Notes: generated by a model not told the origin, from the letters alone. Positions 48,608 to 59,045 are shown, counted from the first letter of the stretch. The stretch: DNA of 64,000 nucleotides from Treponema sp. (GCA_003527485.1 DPXI01000088.1:209638-273637), one strand, 5' to 3'. Program-made: numbers and translations.

Positions 48608-50403
48608 GAGGGTACCCCCGGCCGGGCCTCAAAACGGGGGCCCGGCCGGGTCCCCAACCGGAAGGGATCGAAGTTGGACAGCGGCCACTGGCCCTGGGGC
48701 AATTCGCGTCCGAACAAAACATCCCGCGCCATCCGCAGGCCTTCGGGAGACAGGTTCATGTCTATCACGAGCGTCCGCGCGCTCGGGATCGCTCCGCCCG
48801 TTCCCTTGGCGCAATACGGATCGTTCGTGAGGAGTACGACCGGGTATCCCGCGTCGATGAGCGCCTTGACGTAGGTCTGCGGCTTGGCCGAACGGTCATA
48901 CCAGTTGGTGCAGATGATGAGGTCGAATTCCCTGCCCGCGACGTACGCGAGCAAACGCTTTTCTTCTTCATGGTCCAGGGAAAAGGCGGTCTCATAGGTT
49001 TGCAGATCGGGAAGCTCGGCCTCCATCAGATCCTGGAAAAGGGCCGGATGATCCCAGACATCGTTGGGGCTCTTCACTTCGTTCCGCTGGTTCACCAGAA
49101 GCATCCGTTTGGACCTGTCCAGCGGTATGGCGCCGAGCTCGTCCTTGGCGATCAGGATAGCCTTCCGGGCAGCCTCGCGGGCGGTGGAGAGGACGACTGG
49201 GTCCCGGTAGGGCTCGTCGGCCTTGCCCGGATCGACCATGCCCATGGTATCGAAAAGACCGTACTTCTCCTTGAGGGTCAACACCCGGCGGACCTTGGCG
49301 TCCAATTCGGCTCCGGAAATGCGTCCGTCCTCCACCCAGGTCCGTATCGTATGGAAGGTTTCCCCCCGCCACTGGTTTTCGGCTTTCATGAGCACCACGT
49401 CTATGCCCGCCGCCAGAGCGCGGGCGCAGGATTCGCCGACGCCGAACTTGTCGATGAGAGCGCCCATTGTCATCGAATCCGAGGTGATCAGACCTTCAAA
49501 GCCGAGTTCGTCTCGGAGAAGGCCGGTCACGATGCGCCGGGAAACGGTCGCGATTTCATCGTCCAGGGCCGGATAGACGCAGTGGGCCATCATGACCGAA
49601 TCCAGCCCGGCGGCGATCAGGCGCCGATAGGGCAACAGTTCCACCGCATCCAACCTGGCCCTGTCCACGTCCAGGCGCGGACAGGCATGGTGGGCATCCG
49701 TCGCCGAATCCCCGCGGCCCGGGAAGTGCTTCGCCGCGGCGATCACGCGCTCGGCCTGGAATCCCCTCATCATCGCGATGGCCTGCTCGGCCACGACCTC
49801 GGGATCGTCGGCGAAGGCGCGGCGGCCGATTTCAGGATTGTCGGGATTCACATTCACGTCCACCACCGGAGAATGGATCATGTCCAGACCCGAAGCCTTC
49901 AGCTGCCTGCCGACGGCGCGCGCGACGCGGTAGGTGAGATCCGGATCCCGCGCGGCCGCGAGGCCCAGGTTGGACGGGAACTGCGCCACGCCGCCCCGCG
50001 CCAGATCCTTGCTCGTATCCCCTTCCTGGTCGATCACCATATGCAGGGGAATCGCGGGACTGCGCGCCGCGGCGAGGGAGCGGAGTTCATTGAGCGTCGC
50101 CGCATAACCGGCGGGCGTCGCATGGGGAGGAAGCCCCTCCCCGGCCATTTTTTCCATGCTCGGCCTGAATCCGGGACCGAATTCCTGCGCCTTCGCCTTG
50201 TCGTCGCTGAAATAACGGAAAATGCGCGCGAAGGGCGAAAGGCGGACGCCGCCCGCATGGTAGCGGACGACCGCCTCCCGAAGGTCGTTGGTGATGCGGG
50301 TACCGGACATGCCGATGACCACGCATTGTCCGATCTTCTGTTCAAATGTCATGGCCGCGATCATGCGGTCGATATGGTCGCTCACGGGACGCTCCTTGGG
50401 CAC
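48604..50403 (-). CDS. Glycoside hydrolase family 3 (beta-N-acetylhexosaminidase/beta-glucosidase-like)
   Basis: 599 aa, GH3 N-terminal domain. Confidence 0.75.
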   Translation of the reverse strand: MPKERPVSDHIDRMIAAMTFEQKIGQCVVIGMSGTRITNDLREAVVRYHAGGVRLSPFARIFRYFSDDKAKAQEFGPGFRPSMEKMAGEGLPPHATPAGYAATLNELRSLAAARSPAIPLHMVIDQEGDTSKDLARGGVAQFPSNLGLAAARDPDLTYRVARAVGRQLKASGLDMIHSPVVDVNVNPDNPEIGRRAFADDPEVVAEQAIAMMRGFQAERVIAAAKHFPGRGDSATDAHHACPRLDVDRARLDAVELLPYRRLIAAGLDSVMMAHCVYPALDDEIATVSRRIVTGLLRDELGFEGLITSDSMTMGALIDKFGVGESCARALAAGIDVVLMKAENQWRGETFHTIRTWVEDGRISGAELDAKVRRVLTLKEKYGLFDTMGMVDPGKADEPYRDPVVLSTAREAARKAILIAKDELGAIPLDRSKRMLLVNQRNEVKSPNDVWDHPALFQDLMEAELPDLQTYETAFSLDHEEEKRLLAYVAGREFDLIICTNWYDRSAKPQTYVKALIDAGYPVVLLTNDPYCAKGTGGAIPSARTLVIDMNLSPEGLRMARDVLFGRELPQGQWPLSNFDPFRLGTRPGPRFEARPGVPS

Positions 50404-50496
50404 GGCGGGTACTTTGGGAAAATTCTTGATGTACAGGTCAGGATTCGGGGAGGAGCGGCCGGGACCGACGGCCCTTCGCGCCTCTCCCCATTCGCG

Positions 50497-52077
50497 CTAT
50501 TTCTTCGCGGCCTTCCTGTCATAGGCGGCCTGATAGATCTTGACGAGGTCGTCGAGTCCGACCTTTTTCATTTCTTGTACGGTCTTCTCGAAATCGGCGG
50601 GAGCGATGGCCCCCACCATGGCGCGGGCGCTCATCTCGGTCGTCAGCGTTCGGATCTGGCTGTACTTATCCTTGATGATTTCGGCTTCCCCGGCCGTGAA
50701 CGAGAGGAGCGGGAATTCGTCGACGATGTACTTGTCCATGTATTCCAACCGGGCGGCCGTCGCGGCGGCATTCGCGAACTGCTTCTCGTATTCGATGGAC
50801 TGGATCATGCCGATCTTCCACTGGGCGCCCGCCGTCACGAGGGATTCGTGCATGCCGAGTCCCGCCGGGTTCTTCGTGATCGCTTCCGTGTACACGGGTT
50901 TCCCGTCCTTGAGTACGTAAGTCTTTCCCTCCACTCCAAAATTCGTCAGGATGATCCCTTCGGGCGAATAGACGTAATCCATCATCTTGATGGTTTCAAC
51001 CGGGTTCTTGTCCTTGACCGTAATGGACCAGCCGCCGTCCGCGCGGACCTTCGTCTGCTGGATGCGGGTGAACGGCGTCTTGTATGTCCCCGTGGGCGGA
51101 GCGAAATGCATCAACCGGAAGCCGGGGACGGTCTTGCCGACCTTCCCGTTGAGGTCCGCGGTGGATGCGAACCAATCATGCAGCACTCCGGTCATATTCA
51201 GGGAAAGAAGTTCGTCCCGCGGATTACCCTTGCGCGTCAGGATCTCCTGGTCGATGAGCTTCTCGCGGTAAAGTTTGGAGATGTACGCCAGGAAATCCCG
51301 GTATTGCGATTCCGCGGGGCCGAACGAAACCTTTCCGTTCCGGAGCACCCAATCGGGATCCGCGTCAAAGGCGTAGGCTAGCGCCCCGAGGTTGTAAATC
51401 CAGTCGTCCCCGCGGCGGCGGGCGATCATCGGAATCTCGTCCTTCAGGCCGTTGCCGTTGGGATCTCCGTCACGGAAGGCGACGAGCACCTTGTACAGTT
51501 CATCGGTCGTGGCGGGTGCCTTCAAACCGACCTTCTCCAGCCAATCGGCACGGATGAACCAGCCGCGGGCGGCGTTCAGTGCCGAAAGCATCGGCACGTA
51601 GTAGATATGTCCGTCCGGCGCGGTCACCGCGGTGCGTATGGCCGGGTCGTCCAGAATCACCTTCTTGAGATTGGGCGCGTTCTTGGCTATCAAATCCTCC
51701 AACGGGATGAAGGCGCCCTCGCTCCCGAGCTTTTCGATCGTCTTGTGGCCGCCCGAGCCCTCGTAATAGGCGATGATATCCGGGAGATCGCCGGAAGCCA
51801 TCATCAGATTGAATTGTTGATCCTTGACCTCGGAGAGCGTGCTGACGAATTTCCAGGAAATGTCCGTATTCGTTTTCTGCTCTATCATATTCCACGCATC
51901 TATCGTATCCGGCGTCAGCGGAATCTCCGCGGCCATGACGGACCAAACGGAAAGGGGAACCAGCCCCTTGGCGCCGGGTTTGGAGGACGGAGCGGCGGCG
52001 TTCTCCTTGCCGCCTTCAGCGAACGTAAAAGATGCGGCCAAAAGAGCCGCGGCCATGAGCAATACCTGTTTCTTCAC
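50497..52077 (-). CDS. Extracellular solute-binding lipoprotein of a carbohydrate ABC transporter (LplA/YtcQ-like)
   Basis: 526 aa. Signal peptide MKKQVLLMAAALLAASFTFA. SBP family-1 architecture. Confidence 0.8.
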   Translation of the reverse strand: MKKQVLLMAAALLAASFTFAEGGKENAAAPSSKPGAKGLVPLSVWSVMAAEIPLTPDTIDAWNMIEQKTNTDISWKFVSTLSEVKDQQFNLMMASGDLPDIIAYYEGSGGHKTIEKLGSEGAFIPLEDLIAKNAPNLKKVILDDPAIRTAVTAPDGHIYYVPMLSALNAARGWFIRADWLEKVGLKAPATTDELYKVLVAFRDGDPNGNGLKDEIPMIARRRGDDWIYNLGALAYAFDADPDWVLRNGKVSFGPAESQYRDFLAYISKLYREKLIDQEILTRKGNPRDELLSLNMTGVLHDWFASTADLNGKVGKTVPGFRLMHFAPPTGTYKTPFTRIQQTKVRADGGWSITVKDKNPVETIKMMDYVYSPEGIILTNFGVEGKTYVLKDGKPVYTEAITKNPAGLGMHESLVTAGAQWKIGMIQSIEYEKQFANAAATAARLEYMDKYIVDEFPLLSFTAGEAEIIKDKYSQIRTLTTEMSARAMVGAIAPADFEKTVQEMKKVGLDDLVKIYQAAYDRKAAKK

Positions 52078-52101
52078 GATGAACCTCCTGTAGAGATGGA
52101 T

Positions 52102-52992
52102 TCAACCTTTGACGGAACCGAGCGTGACGCCCTTGACGAAATACTTCTGAAGGAAGGGATAGACGGCCGCGATCGGAGCCGTTGAGACGACGATGGCAGC
52201 GTACTTGACCGCCTCGGCGGTCGTACCCGCCCTTTCGATGGACATGTCCAACTCCTCGCCCATCCGGGCGGCGACGATCAGCTGGCGGAGCACCACCTGC
52301 AATGGGAGCTTGTCCGGGTCGCTGATGAAAACCATCGCCCAGAAATAGCCGTTCCACCTGTTGATGAGGTAGTACAACCCGATAGTCGCCAGCGCGGCGC
52401 CCGACACCGGAAGGGCTACCCGGAAAAGGATCGTCCACTCAGACGCTCCGTCTATCCGTGCGGCTTCGAACAATTCCTCAGGAATCGTCTCAAGGAACGA
52501 CCTCATGAGGATTATGAAGAAGGGGAAGGCCGCGAATACGATCAACAGCGAAAGCCGGGTATCGAGCAACCCGAAGCTTTTGACCACCAGGAAGAGCGGG
52601 ATCATCATGCCGGTGGCGGAGATGAACATCGTCATCGACACGAACACGTTCATGAACTTCCGTCCGCGGAATTTCTTCCGCGACATAGGATAGGCGGCCA
52701 AAACGGTGACGGCCAGATTGATGGCCGTACCGACGACGGCGTAGAAAATCGTATTCGCGTAGCCGACCCAGATCCGCGCATCGTTGAACACCAGCCGGTA
52801 CGCCTCGGAGCTCAGGGGTCCGACGGGACCCAGGATCACGCGATTCTCCCGGATCGCTTCGGGGGATGAGATCGAAGCCGCGAGCACGTAGACGAAGGGA
52901 TACAGCATCGCCGCGCAGATGACGACGAGCAGCGTATTGATCAATAGGTCCGCCGCGATGCCGGCATCGATGCGCTTACCAGAGGGATGCGG
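52102..52992 (-). CDS. Carbohydrate ABC transporter permease (LplC/YtcP-like)
   Basis: EAA-loop permease. The start is probably at MPHPSGKRIDAG; the listed ORF extends to 53058. Confidence 0.8.
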   Translation of the reverse strand, partial: PHPSGKRIDAGIAADLLINTLLVVICAAMLYPFVYVLAASISSPEAIRENRVILGPVGPLSSEAYRLVFNDARIWVGYANTIFYAVVGTAINLAVTVLAAYPMSRKKFRGRKFMNVFVSMTMFISATGMMIPLFLVVKSFGLLDTRLSLLIVFAAFPFFIILMRSFLETIPEELFEAARIDGASEWTILFRVALPVSGAALATIGLYYLINRWNGYFWAMVFISDPDKLPLQVVLRQLIVAARMGEELDMSIERAGTTAEAVKYAAIVVSTAPIAAVYPFLQKYFVKGVTLGSVKG

Positions 52993-53917
52993 CATCTCTG
53001 AACCTCCGGGCGATGGCGTTCGATCCGATGACGAGAGCGAGGGCGACGACCGTCTCAAAGAGGCCGACGGCGGTCGCGTAGGAATAGTCGGCGCCTATCA
53101 GGCCGCGCCGGTAGACGTAGGTGGAAATGACCTCCGAAGTTTCCAATATCACGTCGTTCTGGAGGAGCAGGACCTCCTCGAAGGAAACGCTGACGATATT
53201 GCCGATCCTTACCAGGAACATGAGTACGATGGTCGGAATCAGCGAAGGCAGGGTGATGGAGACCAGCTTCCGCATCCGGCCAGCCCCGTCCACCTCGGCG
53301 GCCTCGTACAGCGTCGGGTCGATGGCGGAGAGCGCCGCGAGATAGACGATGGCCTCATAACCGGTTTCCTTGAAAATACGGATGGCGGTATAGATTCCCT
53401 TGAAGTATTCCTGCTTCTGCATGAAGAAAACGCTCTCGCCTCCCAGGGCCTGGATGACCAGATTCACCACGCCGGTCCGGGGTGAGAGCATGTTGACCGC
53501 AAGGCCCGCGATGACGACGAAAGACACGAAATGGGGCAGCAGCGTTATGGTCTGGAAGGTGCGCTTCATGGGCGGGCTCGCGACGGAATTGAGCATCAAG
53601 GCGAGCGCGACGGGGGCCGGGAACGCGAAGAGCAGATAGTACGCGCCGATGACCAGGGTATTGCGCAGCACGCGGGGGAAATAAATGGAAGCGAAGAATT
53701 GCCTGAAATATTCCAGGCCGTTCCACGGGCTGTCCGAAAAACCCAGGAAAGGACTGAACTTTTTGAGCGCGATCGCCACTCCCGCCATAGGCAGGTAGCG
53801 GAAAAAAACGAAGTATGCGACCACCGGGATCAGCATGATCCACAAGGCCCGCTCATCCGCGTACCGTCCTTTTCGTCGCAAACGCGGATATGGCTTGGTA
53901 GCCTCGGCAATGCGCAT
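52976..53917 (-). CDS. Carbohydrate ABC transporter permease (LplB-like)
   Basis: Start MRIAEATKPYPRLRRK at 53917 with GGGAGGAAGG RBS. MalF/G-type permease. The listed ORF is overextended to 54160. Confidence 0.8.
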   Translation of the reverse strand: MRIAEATKPYPRLRRKGRYADERALWIMLIPVVAYFVFFRYLPMAGVAIALKKFSPFLGFSDSPWNGLEYFRQFFASIYFPRVLRNTLVIGAYYLLFAFPAPVALALMLNSVASPPMKRTFQTITLLPHFVSFVVIAGLAVNMLSPRTGVVNLVIQALGGESVFFMQKQEYFKGIYTAIRIFKETGYEAIVYLAALSAIDPTLYEAAEVDGAGRMRKLVSITLPSLIPTIVLMFLVRIGNIVSVSFEEVLLLQNDVILETSEVISTYVYRRGLIGADYSYATAVGLFETVVALALVIGSNAIARRFRDAASLW

Positions 53918-53968
53918 CACCTTCCTCCCATCGTGCGGTTGATCGTCAGGGCAAGTCTCACAAAAATA

Positions 53969-54023
53969 TTGTACCACACAATAAACGAATGTCAATGAGT
54001 TTTGTAACTTTTGTATGGTACAA
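53969..54023. promoter_or_regulatory. Two GntR-type operator sites (TTGTACCACACAA and TTGTATGGTACAA) in the promoter region of the sugar ABC operon
   Basis: Seen directly at 53969-53981 and 54011-54023. T.GTA…TAC.A palindrome logic. Confidence 0.55.
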
Positions 54024-55109
54024 CTAAGGCGCCCTGAAGGCTGATTGGCGAAGGGAAAGCGTCGTCGGCACTTCGATCTCGATCCGGAGGGGCGCCGACC
54101 CGGAAGCCAGCTCGTCCAGCGCCGCGAAGGCTTTCCGCACGAGATCCCTGCGGTCCACATGGATCGTGGTGAGCGGCGGCGATGCGATCTGGGCCAGCGC
54201 GATATCGTCGAAACCGACTATGCTCAGATCCCGGGGCAGGTCGAGCCCGATGCGCGCGGCCAGACCGTACAATCCGAGCGCGGAGACGTCGTTGTATGCG
54301 ACGGCAGCGGTCCGGCCGGCCGTCACCTCCGAAGCGAGCAGATCGGCATGGCGCGCAGAAGCTTCCGTATACACGAACGGTACGACAGCGTCTTCGTCCA
54401 GGCCCCAGCCGTCAAGTCCGCATCTGAAAGCCGACATCCGGGCTTCGAATTCCGCGTTCAGTTCAAAACGGTCCGAAAGCGCGAACAGGAAACGCCGATG
54501 ACCCAGGCTGGCCAGGTAATTCGCCATCTCCTTCAGGCGATCCATGGGTATGAGCACGGACGCGAAACGCCCTCCGACCTGCGTCGGCTTCCGGTTTATG
54601 AGGACCGTCGGTATATCCATCGCCGCCAGCACCGCGCTCCTGCACTCAGGCAGGCTGCCCTGGACGATGACGCCCCAAGCGCCCGCCATCTCTTCAGCGA
54701 ATCCTTCGGGCGCCGCGTCCTCGTCGCGGTCGTAAATCATGAAACCCGATGCATCTCCCCTTACGGCGGTCTCCATCAGATAGCCGAGATAGATGTCCTT
54801 CCCGTGGAAATTCGCGATATCGTCCAAATCATCCAGCAGGCGGGCACGGGAACGGTCCACCAGCATGGGCACGCGCCGACGGACGGATACCGCGGTCGGC
54901 TTCCTCACCGTGGAACCCGCGCCGCGGCGGGCATCCAGGTAACCGAGCGACGCAAGATAGGCGGTCGCCTTGTTGACCGTTTGCGGATTCACCCCATAGA
55001 TCTCCGCGAGCTTGCGGATCGGCGGGATCTTGCTCCCCTCCGGGAATACGCCACGGTCGATGTCCGTCCGTATCTTCTCGGCTATGGCTATGTACTTCTT
55101 TTCGACCAT
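54024..55109 (-). CDS. GntR-HTH transcriptional regulator with a LacI/PBP-type sugar-binding effector domain
   Basis: 361 aa. N-terminal …IPPIRKLAEIYGVNPQTVNKATAYLASLGYL… wHTH and a C-terminal periplasmic-binding-protein-like fold. Confidence 0.75.
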   Translation of the reverse strand: MVEKKYIAIAEKIRTDIDRGVFPEGSKIPPIRKLAEIYGVNPQTVNKATAYLASLGYLDARRGAGSTVRKPTAVSVRRRVPMLVDRSRARLLDDLDDIANFHGKDIYLGYLMETAVRGDASGFMIYDRDEDAAPEGFAEEMAGAWGVIVQGSLPECRSAVLAAMDIPTVLINRKPTQVGGRFASVLIPMDRLKEMANYLASLGHRRFLFALSDRFELNAEFEARMSAFRCGLDGWGLDEDAVVPFVYTEASARHADLLASEVTAGRTAAVAYNDVSALGLYGLAARIGLDLPRDLSIVGFDDIALAQIASPPLTTIHVDRRDLVRKAFAALDELASGSAPLRIEIEVPTTLSLRQSAFRAP

Positions 55110-55146
55110 TCGCTTGTCCTCATCAATTCCGTGTATGATAGTTCAT

Positions 55147-55159
55147 TGTACCATACAAT
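55147..55159. promoter_or_regulatory. Third copy of the operator TTGTACCATACAA, upstream of the regulator gene (autoregulation) and of the divergent lipoprotein gene
   Basis: It is the exact reverse complement of the 54011-54023 site. Confidence 0.55.
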
Positions 55160-55257
55160 CACGCGAATGTATCGGCTTAACTTCCATCCCCCCAACCCAC
55201 ATCGTGCTGAAGCGGCGGGCGGTGGACGCGGCGGGGATGAGCGGCTACAATCATGCC

Positions 55258-55992
55258 ATGAAGAAGCGAACGGGAAACAGCCGGACCGCTCTCCTTCCGG
55301 TCCTGTACGCGACCCTCGCGCTCACGGCGGTCGGTTGCCCCAGCCTGGGCGCGCGTCCTTTCGCCTTCGCCTCTCCCCCCGAAAAGGCGGCGGAAGAGGA
55401 TCGGGAACGAAAGCGCGTGGTCGAATCGGCCAGGGAACTGCTGGGCAGGAAGCCAAACGAGAAGGTCACGGTGCGCGGCAGGGTATTCATGCTGGACTGC
55501 ATCGGCACGGTGAGCGCCGCGTACTGGGGCGCCGGGTACGACCTGCAGCGCGATTTCGCCAAGCACGGCGGCAACGGCGTCCTCCGCCTCCACTCAAGCC
55601 TCAAAGCCTGGGGAGCCCTCCACGAACTGAAGGAAACCGAACGCGGGGACATCGTCTTCTGGGCGAATACGTACGACAGGAACGAAGACGGCAAGATGGG
55701 AAACGACGGCATCACGCATGCCGGGATCGTCGTCCAGGCGGACGAAGACGGCACGATCCATTACCTCCACGCCAGCGTCACCCGCGGCGTCGTCATCGCC
55801 TACTTCAACCTGCGGCACCCCGACGTCGCCAAATCCCCGGCGGGCAAGATCTGGAATTCGCCCATGTACCTCGGCTCTAATTACGGGCTGGCGAACAATC
55901 CGCCCCACTGGCTCTCCGGCGACCTCTGGAGTTCCTTCGGCGACGCGGAAAAGACGGCCAGGGAACTGGGAAGCGGCGGAAAGGGAACCTGA
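55258..55992 (+). CDS. NlpC/P60-like (CHAP-like) cysteine peptidase lipoprotein
   Basis: MKKRTGNSRTALLPVLYATLALTAVGC lipobox. Cys…His (DCIGTVSAAYW, ITHAGIV). TACAAT 7 nt upstream of the ATG suggests a leaderless transcript. Confidence 0.55.
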   Translation: MKKRTGNSRTALLPVLYATLALTAVGCPSLGARPFAFASPPEKAAEEDRERKRVVESARELLGRKPNEKVTVRGRVFMLDCIGTVSAAYWGAGYDLQRDFAKHGGNGVLRLHSSLKAWGALHELKETERGDIVFWANTYDRNEDGKMGNDGITHAGIVVQADEDGTIHYLHASVTRGVVIAYFNLRHPDVAKSPAGKIWNSPMYLGSNYGLANNPPHWLSGDLWSSFGDAEKTARELGSGGKGT

Positions 55993-56107
55993 AGAAGTCA
56001 AACCCGCCCGTCATAGGCTTCCATGAGTCCGCTCCCGTTCAACGCGTCCCTCTTTTTCGCGGGCATCGGATTTTCCGTCTGCCCGGGTAGGGAAACGTCG
56101 CAGGCGC

Positions 56108-57313
56108 TCATTCCAGGGTCTCCGCCTTCTGCACGTCTTTGCCGTAAACCGCGAACAGGAAGGTTCCGATGACGCCGAAGCCCGCGGCGACCAGGAAATT
56201 CGTGGCGGGAGAAATGTTCCATAGTAAGGCGCTGGAAAGGGCGGCAAGCGACACGACCACGTCGCGCAGGAGGTAGTAGGCTCCGAAGGTCCGCGCTTTC
56301 GCGTTTTCGGGCGCGAGGTCCATGATGAGCGCCTTGCGGGTCGGTTCTCCGAATTCTTTCAGGCCCCTGACGATGAAGGCGACGACGAACATCGGGAAGG
56401 AACGGGAAAAGAGCAGGACCAGGGGAAACGAAGTGAAGAAGACGAAGGTCATCAGGACGAATCGCTTCTTGCCGTAGCGGTCCGCAAACCAGGCGACGGG
56501 AATGTAGACGAGCATCGCGACCGCCATCTCTATGGTGGTCAACAGGCCGAACTGAAGGGCCGTGAGTCCGTTGTTCTCCACCGCCCATATGACCACGAAC
56601 GCGTAGGGAATCTGCTCCGCGAAGCGGATGAGGATATCGCTGGCCAGGAGGCTCCTCAGCGCGGGACTGAACAGGGTGCCGAGTTTCGTCCTGTTCCGCT
56701 CCGCGGCGGCGCCCGCGGGTTCGTCGTCGTCCATGTACCTCTGGACCACCGCCAGGGCGACCGCCCCCATAGCGAAGGCGGCTACAAACGCGATCCGCAC
56801 GCCGGACACGCGGCCCCACTTTCCTATCAGAATGCCGCCGACGACAGGTCCGAGGGCCATTGGAATGCGGCGGAAAAAGGAATGGAGGGATACGCCGAAG
56901 CTCCGACGTTCCTTGGGAACCGCCTTGGACACGAGGCTCATGATCGCCGGCAGGGAAACCGCCGTCCAGGAGATGAAGAAGACCGAGCCGACCAGCACGG
57001 CCTGCCAGGCCGGGATGAGGATCACCAGCAGGTAGCCGAACATCGCGACGAGGGTGAAAAGTTGCAGCGACTTCTTGTGGCCCAGGCGGTCCGACAGAAA
57101 GCCGCCGGGAACGGAATACAAGGCGGAAAGCATGTTGTCCATGGAATTGAGGATGCCCACCGTCCAGGCGCCTCCTCCCAGGGCCAGTAGATACAACGGC
57201 AGGAAGCGCTCCGCCATTTTTTCGCCCATGCCGACGAATATGACGAGGACGAGCATCGCGGTCATGCTCCGGTTCCGCTTCATCAAGCTTTTGATGTCAA
57301 TTTTCTGCGGCAT
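56108..57313 (-). CDS. MFS transporter. The start could be as far up as 57415.
   Basis: 12 TM helices, MFS loop motifs. Confidence 0.75.
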   Translation of the reverse strand: MPQKIDIKSLMKRNRSMTAMLVLVIFVGMGEKMAERFLPLYLLALGGGAWTVGILNSMDNMLSALYSVPGGFLSDRLGHKKSLQLFTLVAMFGYLLVILIPAWQAVLVGSVFFISWTAVSLPAIMSLVSKAVPKERRSFGVSLHSFFRRIPMALGPVVGGILIGKWGRVSGVRIAFVAAFAMGAVALAVVQRYMDDDEPAGAAAERNRTKLGTLFSPALRSLLASDILIRFAEQIPYAFVVIWAVENNGLTALQFGLLTTIEMAVAMLVYIPVAWFADRYGKKRFVLMTFVFFTSFPLVLLFSRSFPMFVVAFIVRGLKEFGEPTRKALIMDLAPENAKARTFGAYYLLRDVVVSLAALSSALLWNISPATNFLVAAGFGVIGTFLFAVYGKDVQKAETLE

Positions 57314-57329
57314 CGGAGTCTCCTTTCCA

Positions 57330-57764
57330 TTATCGCGCGGACGCGGTCTGAAGTCTGCACCAGGCATACAGGGAATCATAAACCTCGAATTGCTTAGCCA
57401 AGTTCTCGGCGTCATCGGGAAAACGCAGCGAATAACCTACGGCCAAGGCTTCGAGCCCGGCGGCGACCGGGTGATCGGCAAGCCTGCCGGTATCCGCGCA
57501 ACCGACGATCCCGGCGAGAATCCCGAGGGCGGGATCCGTAAGCCCGTAGACTTTGACGATGGTCTGGAAGGAACAGTCCCCGCCATGGTGGCCGAGCTCC
57601 ACCCCGGGCGAATCGAAGGGCGTGGCGCCCCTTTCAGCGGCCGTCTCCCCGACGCGCGCAGCGGGAACGAAAATGAACTCAGCCTCGCTGTCTACGAATC
57701 GCTTTATGAGCCACGGGCAGGCCACCCTGTCGACATGCACATGGGAACGCGTCACCCATTTCAT
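57330..57764 (-). CDS. ChrB C-terminal-domain-like (chromate-resistance family) protein
   Basis: MKWVTRSHVHVDRVACPWLIKRFVDSEAEFIFV… matches the family signature. Confidence 0.6.
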   Translation of the reverse strand: MKWVTRSHVHVDRVACPWLIKRFVDSEAEFIFVPAARVGETAAERGATPFDSPGVELGHHGGDCSFQTIVKVYGLTDPALGILAGIVGCADTGRLADHPVAAGLEALAVGYSLRFPDDAENLAKQFEVYDSLYAWCRLQTASAR

Positions 57765-57767
57765 AAT

Positions 57768-58007
57768 TTACCCCTTCGATTTATCTTCCAGCAACCTGTT
57801 CACGAACTTCATTTCCCTTTCCAGCTGGCCGATCTTGTCTTCCTTTTCGACTATCGACGATTCCAAAATCCGAACCCTCTTCTCAAGGTCCTCGAGCATG
57901 GCCGCCGAGGCTGCGCCTTTCAGTTTCGACCTCTTCCCCAGATAGTCGAAGCCCGAGGCGATCAAGGTCATCAGCGTCAGCCCCGCGACGATCGTCAATG
58001 TCAGACC
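57768..58007 (-). CDS. PspB-like envelope-stress membrane protein. Probably starts at the internal Met MGLTLTIV.
   Basis: Single TM followed by LEDLEKRVRILESSIVEKEDKIGQLERE, which is PspB-like. Confidence 0.4.
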   Translation of the reverse strand, partial: GLTLTIVAGLTLMTLIASGFDYLGKRSKLKGAASAAMLEDLEKRVRILESSIVEKEDKIGQLEREMKFVNRLLEDKSKG

Positions 58008-58159
58008 CATGAAATTCCTCCCCGTTGCCGGCCTTCCGACATCCAACCCGAGTCCGGCTCCTACGGCCGGGACTTCCTGTCGAGTATAGTACGTTTTCCC
58101 GAACTTGAGGTCATGCGTTTTGCCGTAAAACCGCGCTACGCGACAGCCTGCACCGATCG

Positions 58160-58807
58160 TCAAGCTCCTGATGCGCGTACGTATCGCAAATGCGTTGCCG
58201 ATGGCGTCGCAAGAACCCCGTCGATCCGAAAACCGGGCACCGTATCGGAGATATTTTCAAAAAGCCGCCGGCCGCTTCCGAAAATGACCGGCGCGAGCGA
58301 GATTTCAAGTTCATCCACCACGCCCATATTCAGGTATTGTTGAATCACGTCCGCACCACCGGCGATACGGATGTCCCTTTCGCCCGCCGAGACGCGCGCT
58401 TGCTCAAGCGCCGCCTCGATACCGCTATCCACAAAAAAGAACGTAGTGCCGCCCGGCCGTACCCAAGGCTCCCTCTTCTCATGCGTCAACACGTACACCG
58501 GCGTATGGAACGGCGCTTCCTCCGGCCATCCCAGCTCTCCCCCTTCAAACATCCGCTTCCCCATGATATTCGCTCCGATACGCTCGGTGGTCCGCTTGAG
58601 CATCTCGTTGACCGGGCCGGTTTCCCCTCCGGGCCCCAACTTGAGATTGTCCCTGAAGTGTTGCTGATTGATAACCCAGCCCATCATCGCTTCCCACTTG
58701 GCGGCCCAGTTCTTATAGCCCGGGTTATTCCAGTTCTTGAGAGTCATCCCTTCCGGAGCCAGGTAGCCGTCAAGGCTCAGACCTACGTTTACGAACACTT
58801 TCGCCAT
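58160..58807 (-). CDS. Dihydrofolate reductase-family (RibD C-terminal domain) protein
   Basis: MAKVFVNVGLSLDGYLAPEG… RibD_C/YwjB-like. Confidence 0.75.
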   Translation of the reverse strand: MAKVFVNVGLSLDGYLAPEGMTLKNWNNPGYKNWAAKWEAMMGWVINQQHFRDNLKLGPGGETGPVNEMLKRTTERIGANIMGKRMFEGGELGWPEEAPFHTPVYVLTHEKREPWVRPGGTTFFFVDSGIEAALEQARVSAGERDIRIAGGADVIQQYLNMGVVDELEISLAPVIFGSGRRLFENISDTVPGFRIDGVLATPSATHLRYVRASGA

Positions 58808-59045
58808 ATCGTCCTCCTGATCGGCGGCAGGACCTCCGATCAGGATTCAATATACAAAATATTGCATATTTCCCAAAGTTCCGATAACCCTATACTTGGC
58901 TTGTGAAGGGCAGAACAATACAAGTCCTGTTTCTTCCCCGCCCGGTGGGTTTGTGAAACGTAGAGACAGGCAGCGGTTATGCGCAGAAAAGCATTAGTTG
59001 ATCATGCCTGGTACTTGTTGCGTAGTCCTACGTCCAGATCGTACA

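Noticed and set aside
48970-51381. 803-aa ORF on the plus strand
   Set aside because: It is antisense to the GH3 and SBP genes and its composition is artefactual.
58808-59045. tRNA or att site at the island boundary
   Set aside because: No T-loop (GTTCGA/GGTTC) or cloverleaf could be recognised by eye. The boundary is therefore defined only by composition.
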